64,000 nucleotides of DNA from an uncultured Gemmatimonadales bacterium (lineage in GTDB: Bacteria > Gemmatimonadota > Gemmatimonadetes > Gemmatimonadales > GWC2-71-9). The translations under genes were made by a program, and so were the position numbers. Positions 39,439 through 48,266 of this stretch are shown piece after piece. Every line of letters begins with the position of its first letter. Position 1 is the stretch's first letter. The stretch covers positions 672,001-736,000 of the forward strand of contig CAWCVB010000002.1 in the NCBI GenBank assembly GCA_963798915.1, read 5' to 3'. The notes beneath the pieces are model-generated. The model saw only the letters and a list, made by a program, of their open reading frames with translations. It was not told the origin of the DNA and did not search any database.

Positions 39439-40539
39439 ATGACAAAGATTCAGGATCGACCCGACGCGCTCGCTGCCCCCGTGGCCGGCGGGCTTTCCAC
39501 TCGAGGCTATGCGGCGAGCAAGGCCCGCGCACCACTCGAACCATTCGCTTTCGAGCGGCGCGCGCCCGGTCCCACGGATGTTCACATCGACATTCTCTAC
39601 TGCGGGGTGTGCCATTCCGACATTCATCAAGCGCGGGATGAATGGGGCGGCTCGATGTTTCCCATGGTGCCGGGCCACGAAATCATCGGCCGGGTACGGG
39701 AGAGTGGCGCCGCCGTCTCGACATTTGAGCGGGGCGACCTGGTCGGCGTGGGCTGCCTGGTCGATTCGTGCCGGGAGTGCGCCGAGTGTCGCCAGGGGCT
39801 GGAGCAGTTCTGCGAGCGAGGCGCGACGCCGACCTACAACGGTCCCGATCCGATCATGGGCGGCAGCACGTACGGCGGATACTCCACCCAGATCGTGGTG
39901 GATCAGGCCTTTGTGCTTCGGGTGCCGGAGGCATTGGATCCGGCGGCCGCGGCGCCGCTGCTCTGTGCCGGCATTACCACCTGGTCGCCGCTCCGGCACT
40001 GGGATGTGGGTCCCGGCAAGCGGGTGGGCGTCGTCGGGCTGGGCGGCCTCGGGCACGTGGGCATCAAGCTGGCCAGGGCGCTTGGTGCCGATGTGTCGTT
40101 GTTCACCACCTCACCGGGCAAGGCCGACGATGCCCGCCGGTTCGGCGCCGACGAGGTGATCATCTCGACCGATGCGGCCGACATGAAGCGGCACGCCAAC
40201 CGATTCGATTTCATCCTCGATACCGTGGCCGCGCCCCACAACCTCGATGCCTATCTGCAGCTGCTCAGGCGGGACGGGACATTGTGCCTGGTTGGCTTGC
40301 CGGACCAGCCGCATCCGGCGCCGGCCGTGTTCAACCTGGTCATGCGGCGGCGTCAGCTCACCGGCTCGCCGATCGGCGGCATCCGGGAAACCCAGGAAAT
40401 GCTGGATTTCTGTGCTGCGCACGGCGTCGTGTCTGATGTGGAAGTGATTCCGATGCAGGAGATCAACCGGGCCTATGAGCGGATGATCAGGAGCGACGTG
40501 AAGTATCGCTTCGTGATCGACATGAAGTCACTGGCGTAG
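39439..40539 (+). CDS. Zn-dependent NADPH alcohol/aldehyde dehydrogenase (YahK/AdhC-like)
   Basis: CGVCHSD, PGHEIIG, CxxCxxC, GLGGLG, VKYRFVIDM. Confidence 0.93.
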   Translation: MTKIQDRPDALAAPVAGGLSTRGYAASKARAPLEPFAFERRAPGPTDVHIDILYCGVCHSDIHQARDEWGGSMFPMVPGHEIIGRVRESGAAVSTFERGDLVGVGCLVDSCRECAECRQGLEQFCERGATPTYNGPDPIMGGSTYGGYSTQIVVDQAFVLRVPEALDPAAAAPLLCAGITTWSPLRHWDVGPGKRVGVVGLGGLGHVGIKLARALGADVSLFTTSPGKADDARRFGADEVIISTDAADMKRHANRFDFILDTVAAPHNLDAYLQLLRRDGTLCLVGLPDQPHPAPAVFNLVMRRRQLTGSPIGGIRETQEMLDFCAAHGVVSDVEVIPMQEINRAYERMIRSDVKYRFVIDMKSLA

Positions 40540-40564
40540 TTCGGGCCGCGGCCGCCCCGTGCCG

Positions 40565-41593
40565 CTATCGCAGCGCCAGGAAGCAGAGCGCCGCGATCAC
40601 CGCCGCCATGGGAATGGTGAGCAACCACGCCCAGATGATGCGCGTCGCGACATTCCAGCGCACCGAGGTGGGCCGGTTCGCCGAGCCGACGCCAACGATG
40701 GCGCCGGTAATCGTGTGCGTGGTGCTCACCGGCACGCCCAGCATGGATGCAATGAGTACTGAGATCCCGCCCGCCGTCTCGGCGCAGAAACCGCCGAATG
40801 GCCTCAGCCTGGTGATGCGCGTGCCCATCGTCTTGACAATGCGCCAGCCGCCCAGCGCCGTTCCCAGGGCGATCGCCGTATAGGCGCCCATTTCGACCCA
40901 GAGAGGAATGTGGTTGGCATTGACCAGGTAGAGATGGTGCATCCAGCCTGTGGAGCCCTGGAAGAGTGCCTGGGTCGAGACCAGCAGTCCCACCACAATA
41001 CCCATGGTCTTCTGTGCATCGTTGGCGCCATGGCTCAGCGAATAGAGACCGGCCGAGAGCAGTTGCAGCCGGCGGAACGTCCGATCCACCGGCGCCGGCC
41101 GGGCAAAGCGCAACAGCCAGCTCAGTCCCACGGTCAGCGACAGCGCCAGGACGAATCCCAGCAGCGGCGAGATGACGATGAAGAGCACCGGCTTGATCCA
41201 GCCGCTGAGGATGAGCGCGTTGAAACCGGCCTTCGCGACCGCCGCGCCGCCGAAGCCGCCCAGCAGGGCATGCGAGGATGAGGTCGGCAGCCCCAGCCAC
41301 CAGGTGATCAGGTCCCACAGGATGGCGCCCAGCAACGCGGCCAGCACCACGATCGGATCCACGATGGATGGATCCACCAGACCGGCGCCGATGGTGCGGG
41401 CCACCGCCGTACCCACGATGAAGGCGGCGGCAAAGTTGAAGAAGGCGGCCCAGAACACCGCCACGCCGGGCGACAGCACCCGGGTGGAGACCACGGTGGC
41501 GATCGAATTGGCGCTGTCATGAAAACCATTGATGAAATCGAAGACCAGGGCGACGGCGATGATGCCCAGGACCAGGCCGACGGAAGACTCCAT
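40565..41593 (-). CDS. pit: Inorganic phosphate transporter, PiT family
   Basis: NGFHDSANSIAT, HGANDAQK, PVSTTH. Confidence 0.95.
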   Translation of the reverse strand: MESSVGLVLGIIAVALVFDFINGFHDSANSIATVVSTRVLSPGVAVFWAAFFNFAAAFIVGTAVARTIGAGLVDPSIVDPIVVLAALLGAILWDLITWWLGLPTSSSHALLGGFGGAAVAKAGFNALILSGWIKPVLFIVISPLLGFVLALSLTVGLSWLLRFARPAPVDRTFRRLQLLSAGLYSLSHGANDAQKTMGIVVGLLVSTQALFQGSTGWMHHLYLVNANHIPLWVEMGAYTAIALGTALGGWRIVKTMGTRITRLRPFGGFCAETAGGISVLIASMLGVPVSTTHTITGAIVGVGSANRPTSVRWNVATRIIWAWLLTIPMAAVIAALCFLALR

Positions 41594-41595
41594 CG

Positions 41596-42216
41596 TCAGG
41601 CGTGCTTGATGAAGATGGACTCGAGGACATTGGAGACGTCCTCCGCCTGGTCCAGCGTCCGCTCCAGGTTGTCATAGATGCCCTTCCACTTGATGACCAC
41701 CAGGGCATCAGGGCTGCCCTCGAACAGGTCACCCACCCATTCGTGGTAGAGCGAGTCACCTTCCTCCTCCAGCTCCTTCACCTGCTTGCATGCCTCCAGC
41801 ACGACGCCATTGCGGTCCTTCTCCAGCGAACTCACCGCCAGGAGCAGTTGCTCGCACGCCCGACGGATGACGTCGGCCATCTGACCGGCCCCCGACGGGG
41901 CATGACCGGCGTGGAACATCTGGATCCGCCTGGCGGTCCCATCCATCAGGTCCATCACGTCATCCAGCCGGGCGGCGAGCATGTGGATGTCTTCCCGGTC
42001 CAGCGGCGTGATGAAGGTCCGGTCCAGCCGCCCGACGACATCATGGGTGATCTCATCGGCCTCGTGCTCCTTCCGCTTGATGGCGTCCACGATCGGCCGT
42101 CGGCGCTCGGGATCGGCAGCGAGCAGGTCCTGCAGCAGCTGGGCCGCATCCACATTGAGCTGGGCCACAATGCGGAACAGATGAAAGAACTTCTCGTCGC
42201 GGGGCAGCAAGCGCAT
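41596..42216 (-). CDS. DUF47/PhoU-like PiT accessory protein
   Basis: EHEADEIT, FITPLDREDI, LEEEGD; adjacent to pit. Confidence 0.92.
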   Translation of the reverse strand: MRLLPRDEKFFHLFRIVAQLNVDAAQLLQDLLAADPERRRPIVDAIKRKEHEADEITHDVVGRLDRTFITPLDREDIHMLAARLDDVMDLMDGTARRIQMFHAGHAPSGAGQMADVIRRACEQLLLAVSSLEKDRNGVVLEACKQVKELEEEGDSLYHEWVGDLFEGSPDALVVIKWKGIYDNLERTLDQAEDVSNVLESIFIKHA

Positions 42217-42237
42217 CGGCCAGGTCCTCTCGAAGTC

Positions 42238-42906
42238 TCAGTTGGATACGGCGTCGGGGGCCAGTTCGCGGGCCAGCGTGAGCAGGTCGCCGGGCTGCTC
42301 CAGCCAGAAGTCGGGCTCGCTCGGCTCGAGGTGCGAACGTGCAAACGGGCCCCAGAGCACGGCCGCCGTCCGGACCCCGGCGGCGCGTCCCGCCTGCATG
42401 TCGTGCACGCTGTCACCGACATAGATCGTCTCGGCGGCGCTCACTCCCAGATGGTCCAGCGCCTTGAAGACCGGCTCGGGATGGGGCTTGGGATTCTCCA
42501 CATCGTCCGCACCCACCAGCACGTCCATGGTGCCCTCAAGGCCGGCGATTCGCAGGCCACGCTCCGCACCCGAGCGGTTCTTGCTCGTCACCATGCCGGT
42601 GCGAAAGCCGGCCGCGCGGATCGCGAGCACCATGTCCGCCACCCCGGGATAGGCCAGGACCCGGCTGTCGTGATGCGTGAGGTTGAACTCCCTGTAGGTC
42701 TGGATCATCTGCTCGATGCCCGGGTGCTCGGCCCAGTCGGCGAACTGGATCCGGAGCGGCGTGCCGATCCCCGCCAGCCACTCCTCGTCGGTGCGGGCCG
42801 GGAGGCCATGCGTCCGGAGCGTGTGATGATAACTGTCAATGATGAGGCGAACGGAATCGATGATGGTGCCGTCGAGGTCGAACAGCACCGTGGTCAGCTG
42901 AGGCAT
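42238..42906 (-). CDS. HAD-IA hydrolase (PpaX pyrophosphatase-like)
   Basis: FDLDGTIIDS, VTSK, KPHPEP, YVGDS..D. Confidence 0.9.
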   Translation of the reverse strand: MPQLTTVLFDLDGTIIDSVRLIIDSYHHTLRTHGLPARTDEEWLAGIGTPLRIQFADWAEHPGIEQMIQTYREFNLTHHDSRVLAYPGVADMVLAIRAAGFRTGMVTSKNRSGAERGLRIAGLEGTMDVLVGADDVENPKPHPEPVFKALDHLGVSAAETIYVGDSVHDMQAGRAAGVRTAAVLWGPFARSHLEPSEPDFWLEQPGDLLTLARELAPDAVSN

Positions 42907-42960
42907 GGCGGAAAATAGGCGGGAAGGGATCGGAATGTAGGGGCACGGCATGCCGTGCCC

Positions 42961-45201
42961 CTACGCACGCGACGTCCGGCCTTCCCGCCTTCCCGTCTTC
43001 CCGTCTTCCGGCCTTCCCGCCGTATCTCCCGCCTTCCCGTCTCCAAAAACAACCAGCCCAGCCACCCGCACTTCAAACCGCTGAATAGGGCGGGCCGCAG
43101 GCAGGAGCGCCATGGTACGGAGCGCCGCCCGCCCGGAAGACCGCGCCAGGTCCTTGAGCATCAGCGCCTCGCCTGCCGTGCAGCCTCCTGAGGCCAGCTG
43201 CATGACGCTGGACACGATCCCGACGGTGGTGGCGTCGCGATCCGCGACTGCTCGCCGACGGATATGTCGCAGCCGCTCAAGCAGCCCGTTCAGGTGACTC
43301 CGGCGCGTTGTGTCCCAGGCCTGCCCATTGAGGCTCCGGAGGAGTTCAGCGGCGGCGGCGTCCGCCTGCTCGAGGACGGTGCGCGGCAGCACCGCGTCCG
43401 CCGTGCCCGATTGGGGTGCGGCAAGTGCTGCCAGCAGCGGCTCGCGTATCGTCGCAACATCCGCCCGCGCGCCCTGGGACTGAATCCAGAGCAGCCGGCC
43501 GCCCCGCACAACCCGGCCGTGCGAATCGAGGCCGGTAATTTCGAGCCCGACCAGCAATCCCTGCAGCGATGTCTGCGTGAGCCATGCCGCCGCCGGCTGT
43601 CCTTGCCGGAATGCTCCTGATCCGGCCGCGAGCGTGGCCGGCCATCCCGCCAGGGCGGCATTCGCCAGCTGGGCCCGCTCTGGCAGCGTCAATTTTCGCT
43701 CCAGCGTCTCAGCCGATCGGATCAAGCGCTCCAGGCGTGCAGGCGGGTCGAATCGCACCACTCGGACGCGAGGCACCACGCTTCCCAGCCGCGCCGCGCG
43801 GCCAACCCGCTGCGCCAATCGTGCGGGCGTCCAGGGCAAGTCATAGTGCACGACGCGTTCAATACGTTGCAGGTCCAGGCCTTCTGCCGCTACGTCGGTG
43901 CTGATGAGGACCGATGGCACGATGCCCACGCTCTCCGGGCCATACAATTTGAAAATCTCGTGACGGGGCCAGCGGGCCATGCCGATTCCCGCGCCTTCGC
44001 CGCTGCACCAGGCCACCCGGTGATAGCCAATGGCTCGGCGGAGCCAGGCGACTGTCTCGCGTGCCACCGTGAAGACCAGTGTTCGGCGGCCGTCGCCGAG
44101 GAGCGTCAGCAGTCGGCTGGCCTTCGGATCACCACCCGGAGTGAAGGAGGTGAGGCGGCCAAGCAGGGCGCGAACGCGGGTGTGGTCCGAGTCGCAGAGG
44201 AGCACCGGCTCGCCGCCGGCAGCGACCATGGGCCACAGTGCGGTTTGCTCGCCCGTGGCGCCTGCCCAGCGGCGAAGGTCATCACGGCTTACCGCGCAGC
44301 CGAACCGCGCAGCATCGGCATGGTTGGCCAGCAGACATGAATAGCGCCTCAGTGAGGCGAGCAGCGCGGCAGGACTCGAGGCGGCGCTCCGCAGGAGCAC
44401 TCCCTGCACCAGCATTCTGACGCCGCGATCCTGACTGACCGTGAGCCGCCGGACCTCGCGAATGACGCCCGACATGGGTCGGCTGCTCTGGAAGCGAACG
44501 CGAACCAGGTCGGCCACCGGAAGGCCCGGCGTCTCTGGTGACCGTATGACGAGCCTGGCGATGGCCTCGGGAAGCCGGTCCGCCTGCCGAAGCGAGCGAA
44601 GCGAGGGGACACCGTGCACCGCCAGCACGTCGTCGCGGACAACCAGCGCGAGCTGGTGCAGCAGGTCCTCGAGCCGGTTGACGACTGGCGAGCCCGAAAG
44701 AAGGATGACCTGCCGGCCGACCAGGCATCGCGCGACCGTGTCGTATCGTTTGATGTGAGGATTGCGGTACTGATGGCTCTCATCCACGATCACCAGCGGA
44801 TTGAGCCACGGAAGCCGGCCCCGGCTTGCCTGTTCGTGCGTGCCGATATCGATCGCCAATCCTGCCCGGGCCGCCGCCATGGTCCACTGGCCCTGCACGA
44901 CAGCAGGGACCAGACAGGTGACGCGCTGCCGGGCGAGGGCCTTGGCGGCTGCCAGCGCCATCCAGGTCTTGCCGCTGCCGGGTGCCTCGGCAAGCATGGC
45001 TCCGCGATATTGCCTCACCGCGCCAAGGAGTCGGCGCCAGGGGGCCACCTGCGCCGGCCGCAGCCATGACGGCGGCCCATCGTTGGCGAGCACCGGACAA
45101 GCGAGCTGCGCCAGGGACCTCGCGACCGCCCCTGGCGACGCGGGCGCCAGCCTCTGCGCCGGAAGGGGCGCGTCATCGGTCGCCTGCAGCGACTCCGCCA
45201 C
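42961..45201 (-). CDS. SNF2-like superfamily 2 helicase/ATPase
   Basis: EAPGSGKT, IVDESH, LSGSP, STDVAAEGLDLQ, YDLPWTPARLAQRVGR; likely GTG start at 45201. Confidence 0.85.
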   Translation of the reverse strand: MAESLQATDDAPLPAQRLAPASPGAVARSLAQLACPVLANDGPPSWLRPAQVAPWRRLLGAVRQYRGAMLAEAPGSGKTWMALAAAKALARQRVTCLVPAVVQGQWTMAAARAGLAIDIGTHEQASRGRLPWLNPLVIVDESHQYRNPHIKRYDTVARCLVGRQVILLSGSPVVNRLEDLLHQLALVVRDDVLAVHGVPSLRSLRQADRLPEAIARLVIRSPETPGLPVADLVRVRFQSSRPMSGVIREVRRLTVSQDRGVRMLVQGVLLRSAASSPAALLASLRRYSCLLANHADAARFGCAVSRDDLRRWAGATGEQTALWPMVAAGGEPVLLCDSDHTRVRALLGRLTSFTPGGDPKASRLLTLLGDGRRTLVFTVARETVAWLRRAIGYHRVAWCSGEGAGIGMARWPRHEIFKLYGPESVGIVPSVLISTDVAAEGLDLQRIERVVHYDLPWTPARLAQRVGRAARLGSVVPRVRVVRFDPPARLERLIRSAETLERKLTLPERAQLANAALAGWPATLAAGSGAFRQGQPAAAWLTQTSLQGLLVGLEITGLDSHGRVVRGGRLLWIQSQGARADVATIREPLLAALAAPQSGTADAVLPRTVLEQADAAAAELLRSLNGQAWDTTRRSHLNGLLERLRHIRRRAVADRDATTVGIVSSVMQLASGGCTAGEALMLKDLARSSGRAALRTMALLPAARPIQRFEVRVAGLVVFGDGKAGDTAGRPEDGKTGRREGRTSRA
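42981..43040 (+). repeat. Octamer tandem repeat (CTTCCCGY) x ~7
   Basis: Directly visible; encodes the low-complexity helicase tail. Confidence 0.9.
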
Positions 45202-45217
45202 GATGAGCGGTACCCCG

Positions 45218-48178
45218 TCAGTGCAGCGCAAGAAGCACCCGGCTGTCGCGCCGGTCGATACCCAGCAGATCGGTGGCAAGCGCGTCCAGATCACCGTCGC
45301 AGGCGGCGCCACCCATGCCGGCACGCGCCAGTTCCACCAGGGCGGGATTGGCACACGCAGCGATGGGAAACGGGACACGCCCCACCACGGTCGCGTTGAA
45401 GCGGCGGAACCCGCCCGAGGCCTCGCTGCTGGCCGCGCGGGCAATGGCCCGCACCAGCGGCGTGTTCAGCCATGCCACGACGGCCAGGAGTGCTTCGCGT
45501 GTCGGCATGCTCGCCAGGTAGCAGCTGTTGAGCGGCACCGCACGCCGGAGCGCCCCGATCAGGGGCGTTGCCACCAGCGCCCGGGCCAGGTCGGGCCAAG
45601 CGGCGCGGTGCGGATCCAGCGCGCCGCGAGTTCGGAACAACTGCCAGAGCGGTTGTGCCGCATCGTGATCACGACGCGCAAGCAGTGAGCGGCGATGGCG
45701 CTCGATCCAATTCGCCGCGCCGGGTGGAAGCCCGGGCAACGCCTGGCCGGCGTCGTCGCAGGGCCAGAGTAGCGTGTGCCGGGACGAAGCGACAAACGGG
45801 CGCAGGTCGCGACCGCGCAGGAGCGGGCGCACCAGTTCCGGTTCCACGCCGTCAGGATCGATGAACGCACGGTCGGCGCCGGTCTTCACTCCAAGCCGGC
45901 AGCGGTATCGCTGGCCCAGCAGCGGGTGGGTGCGGGCGAGCGCATCGATGATGGCCGGCAGATGGCCGCCCCGCAGGACCCAGGGTCCTTCCCGGTAGAG
46001 CTGGAGCGGCGTTCCGCCCCCGCAGGGTTCCAAGGTCGAGCGGACCAGCGCCGCGGGGGATGCCGATCGCCGGGTTGCGACGAGGGCCATGGGATACACG
46101 GTGGCCGCGAAACGCACTTCAGGCTCAGCGCCCAGTGGCACGATTGCATGCAGTGTGGTGCGGCGAGCAAGAAGGCCCCGAATCGCGGTGGCATAGCCGG
46201 CGGTCGCGATCTTTGATGGCAGCAGTAGTGTCACCGCTCCGCCGGGTTTGGTCAGCTCCACGGCCCGCTCGAGGAAGGCAACGGCGAGGTCGGGCTGGTG
46301 CCGGTATCCCGCTGTGCCCCCGGCGCACCACGAGCGGTAGCGCCGAGCGAGCATTGCCCTGTGCCGGGGGGAAAGCTGTTCCGCCCTGACCCAGGGCGGA
46401 TTGCCGATCACCAGGTCAAACCCGCCATCAGCCATGACATCGCCGAAGTGACCCGCAAAACTGAACCAGGGAAGCTCGCCATCCCGCGCGGCACGCCGCC
46501 GGCTCGCGCGCAGGCGGTGCAGTTCGCGCCGAAGGCGGCGCAAGGAGCTGCGATCTTCGCGCGAAAGGCGCCCGGCTACCTCGAAGAGCGCCGGCGCACG
46601 CGCAGCATCAACCAGTTCCCGGATCCGCAGCGTGACGCGCTCCTCGGCCATGGCGATCGATGCCACCGCGGCTTCGAGCTCAAGTTGTCGCAGCTCGTGA
46701 TGCACCCGCCGCTTTTCCGCGTCTGACACCTGGACGAGGTGCTCTCGCACGACGCGCAGTCGTGTTGCGAGAGGCGAGGGAGGTAGCCCGAGTTCCGCCG
46801 GCTCGAGGAGCGTGTCGCCCTGCCGGACGAGGCAATCGAGGTTGGGCAGGGGCCCCACCGCATCCGGCCTGCCCTCGGGTTCTTCCGCAACCACCGCCAG
46901 CCACAGGCGCAGTTCGGCCAGCCGTACGGCCATGGGATCGAGGTCCACGCCGTAGAGATTGCGCGCGAGCACGCGGCGGCGCGCCGCGGGTGAAGGCTCG
47001 CCCCTGAGGGTGCGCAAGGCGGCGAGGCGCTCCAGTGCACCAAGGAGGAACGCGCCCGAGCCGCATGCCGGATCGAGTATGCGGATGCCGAGCGCGTGGC
47101 GCATCATTGCAGGATCCCGGGCATCCAGGCGGCCGAGTGCCTCCGCATCGGGCAGACCTGAGTCCGCCGCCAGCACTGCTGCGAGACCGGCATCTACCAT
47201 TCGGCGGACCAGGGCGGACGGCGTGTAGAAGGTGCCCGATGCTTTCCGCCTCTCCGGTGTCATGAGACCCTCGAAGGCCCGGCCGAGCATGTCGGGGGCA
47301 ATCGTGCTGACGTCGTCGGTACCTTCGCGTACGGTGAAGTGGTAGCGTTCGAAGAGCTGGTCAAACGCGTCACGCCAGACGGGATTGGGAAGGCGGAAAC
47401 GGTGACTGCGCTCGAGCTGATGCGGCTCGAAGAGCCCGCCGTTCAGGAAGGGAATCTGTCCGAAGCCCCGGGCGGCGCTGCTGCGTCGGTGGTTGGGACG
47501 ATTCAGGGCGCCAAAAAAGAGCGGCTGGATGAGGTGTCGGTGCACATTCCGTCGGTGGCCAAGGCACCGGTCCAGTTCCTCCCGAAGAAAGGAACGGCGC
47601 CCGTCCAGCCATCCCTTGCTCTCGATGAAGTAGAGAAACAGGAGGCGGGTGAGCTGCACGAGTGCCAGCGTACGGCGGTCCGCCGGGCCGATCGTCGGTG
47701 GCAGCGCGCCAGCAAACCGGTCGATCGCGGATCTCAAGTCACGGAAGAATGCGGTGCCGGCTTCGGTGCCCCTGAGTGCCGCATGCACTCGATCCGGATA
47801 CCAGATATCGGCGGACACTGCCGCCAACCGCTCGAGGCACGCGACATGCACAGGCGCCGGAGAATCCAGCGGCACGACCAGATGATGCGGGCCGCTCGCA
47901 ATCGCAAGTCGCCGCGCTTCGGGGTAGAATCCTAGGACTCCGGCAACGCGACCCTCAGCGGCCAGGCGCCTGGCCAGTCCCCGCACGGCGGCCGGTGGCG
48001 CGCCTGCGGCCTCGAGCGCAAGCCAGGTGAAGTCCGCCGCGTGGCCGGCGATGGCCAGGCGGCGGCAGCCCGGCGGCGGCGGAATTTCGACCCAGCACGG
48101 CACCGCGCCAAGCGCGCCTGCCATGGCTGGCAGGTCGGTGACCGAGGCAACGCGCCGTAACAGCTCCGGCAATCGCAC
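45218..48178 (-). CDS. Large N6-adenine DNA methyltransferase (Eco57I/type IIG-like, gamma motif order)
   Basis: IPFLNGGLFE, GTFYTP, LDPACGSGAFL, YGVDLD, PLPNLD, GFDLVIGNPPW. Confidence 0.9.
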   Translation of the reverse strand: MRLPELLRRVASVTDLPAMAGALGAVPCWVEIPPPPGCRRLAIAGHAADFTWLALEAAGAPPAAVRGLARRLAAEGRVAGVLGFYPEARRLAIASGPHHLVVPLDSPAPVHVACLERLAAVSADIWYPDRVHAALRGTEAGTAFFRDLRSAIDRFAGALPPTIGPADRRTLALVQLTRLLFLYFIESKGWLDGRRSFLREELDRCLGHRRNVHRHLIQPLFFGALNRPNHRRSSAARGFGQIPFLNGGLFEPHQLERSHRFRLPNPVWRDAFDQLFERYHFTVREGTDDVSTIAPDMLGRAFEGLMTPERRKASGTFYTPSALVRRMVDAGLAAVLAADSGLPDAEALGRLDARDPAMMRHALGIRILDPACGSGAFLLGALERLAALRTLRGEPSPAARRRVLARNLYGVDLDPMAVRLAELRLWLAVVAEEPEGRPDAVGPLPNLDCLVRQGDTLLEPAELGLPPSPLATRLRVVREHLVQVSDAEKRRVHHELRQLELEAAVASIAMAEERVTLRIRELVDAARAPALFEVAGRLSREDRSSLRRLRRELHRLRASRRRAARDGELPWFSFAGHFGDVMADGGFDLVIGNPPWVRAEQLSPRHRAMLARRYRSWCAGGTAGYRHQPDLAVAFLERAVELTKPGGAVTLLLPSKIATAGYATAIRGLLARRTTLHAIVPLGAEPEVRFAATVYPMALVATRRSASPAALVRSTLEPCGGGTPLQLYREGPWVLRGGHLPAIIDALARTHPLLGQRYRCRLGVKTGADRAFIDPDGVEPELVRPLLRGRDLRPFVASSRHTLLWPCDDAGQALPGLPPGAANWIERHRRSLLARRDHDAAQPLWQLFRTRGALDPHRAAWPDLARALVATPLIGALRRAVPLNSCYLASMPTREALLAVVAWLNTPLVRAIARAASSEASGGFRRFNATVVGRVPFPIAACANPALVELARAGMGGAACDGDLDALATDLLGIDRRDSRVLLALH

Positions 48179-48266
48179 AGGAAGTCGCTCCGTCAGGTGA
48201 CGGGCGCAGAATGCGGCCGGAACCGGATCCGAGTATCACCCTTGCGACGCAGGAGGTAGCCGGACG

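Noticed and set aside
42961..48178. Calling the MTase-helicase pair BREX or DISARM
   Set aside because: No pglZ/brxC/brxL or drmA/B/C in the window
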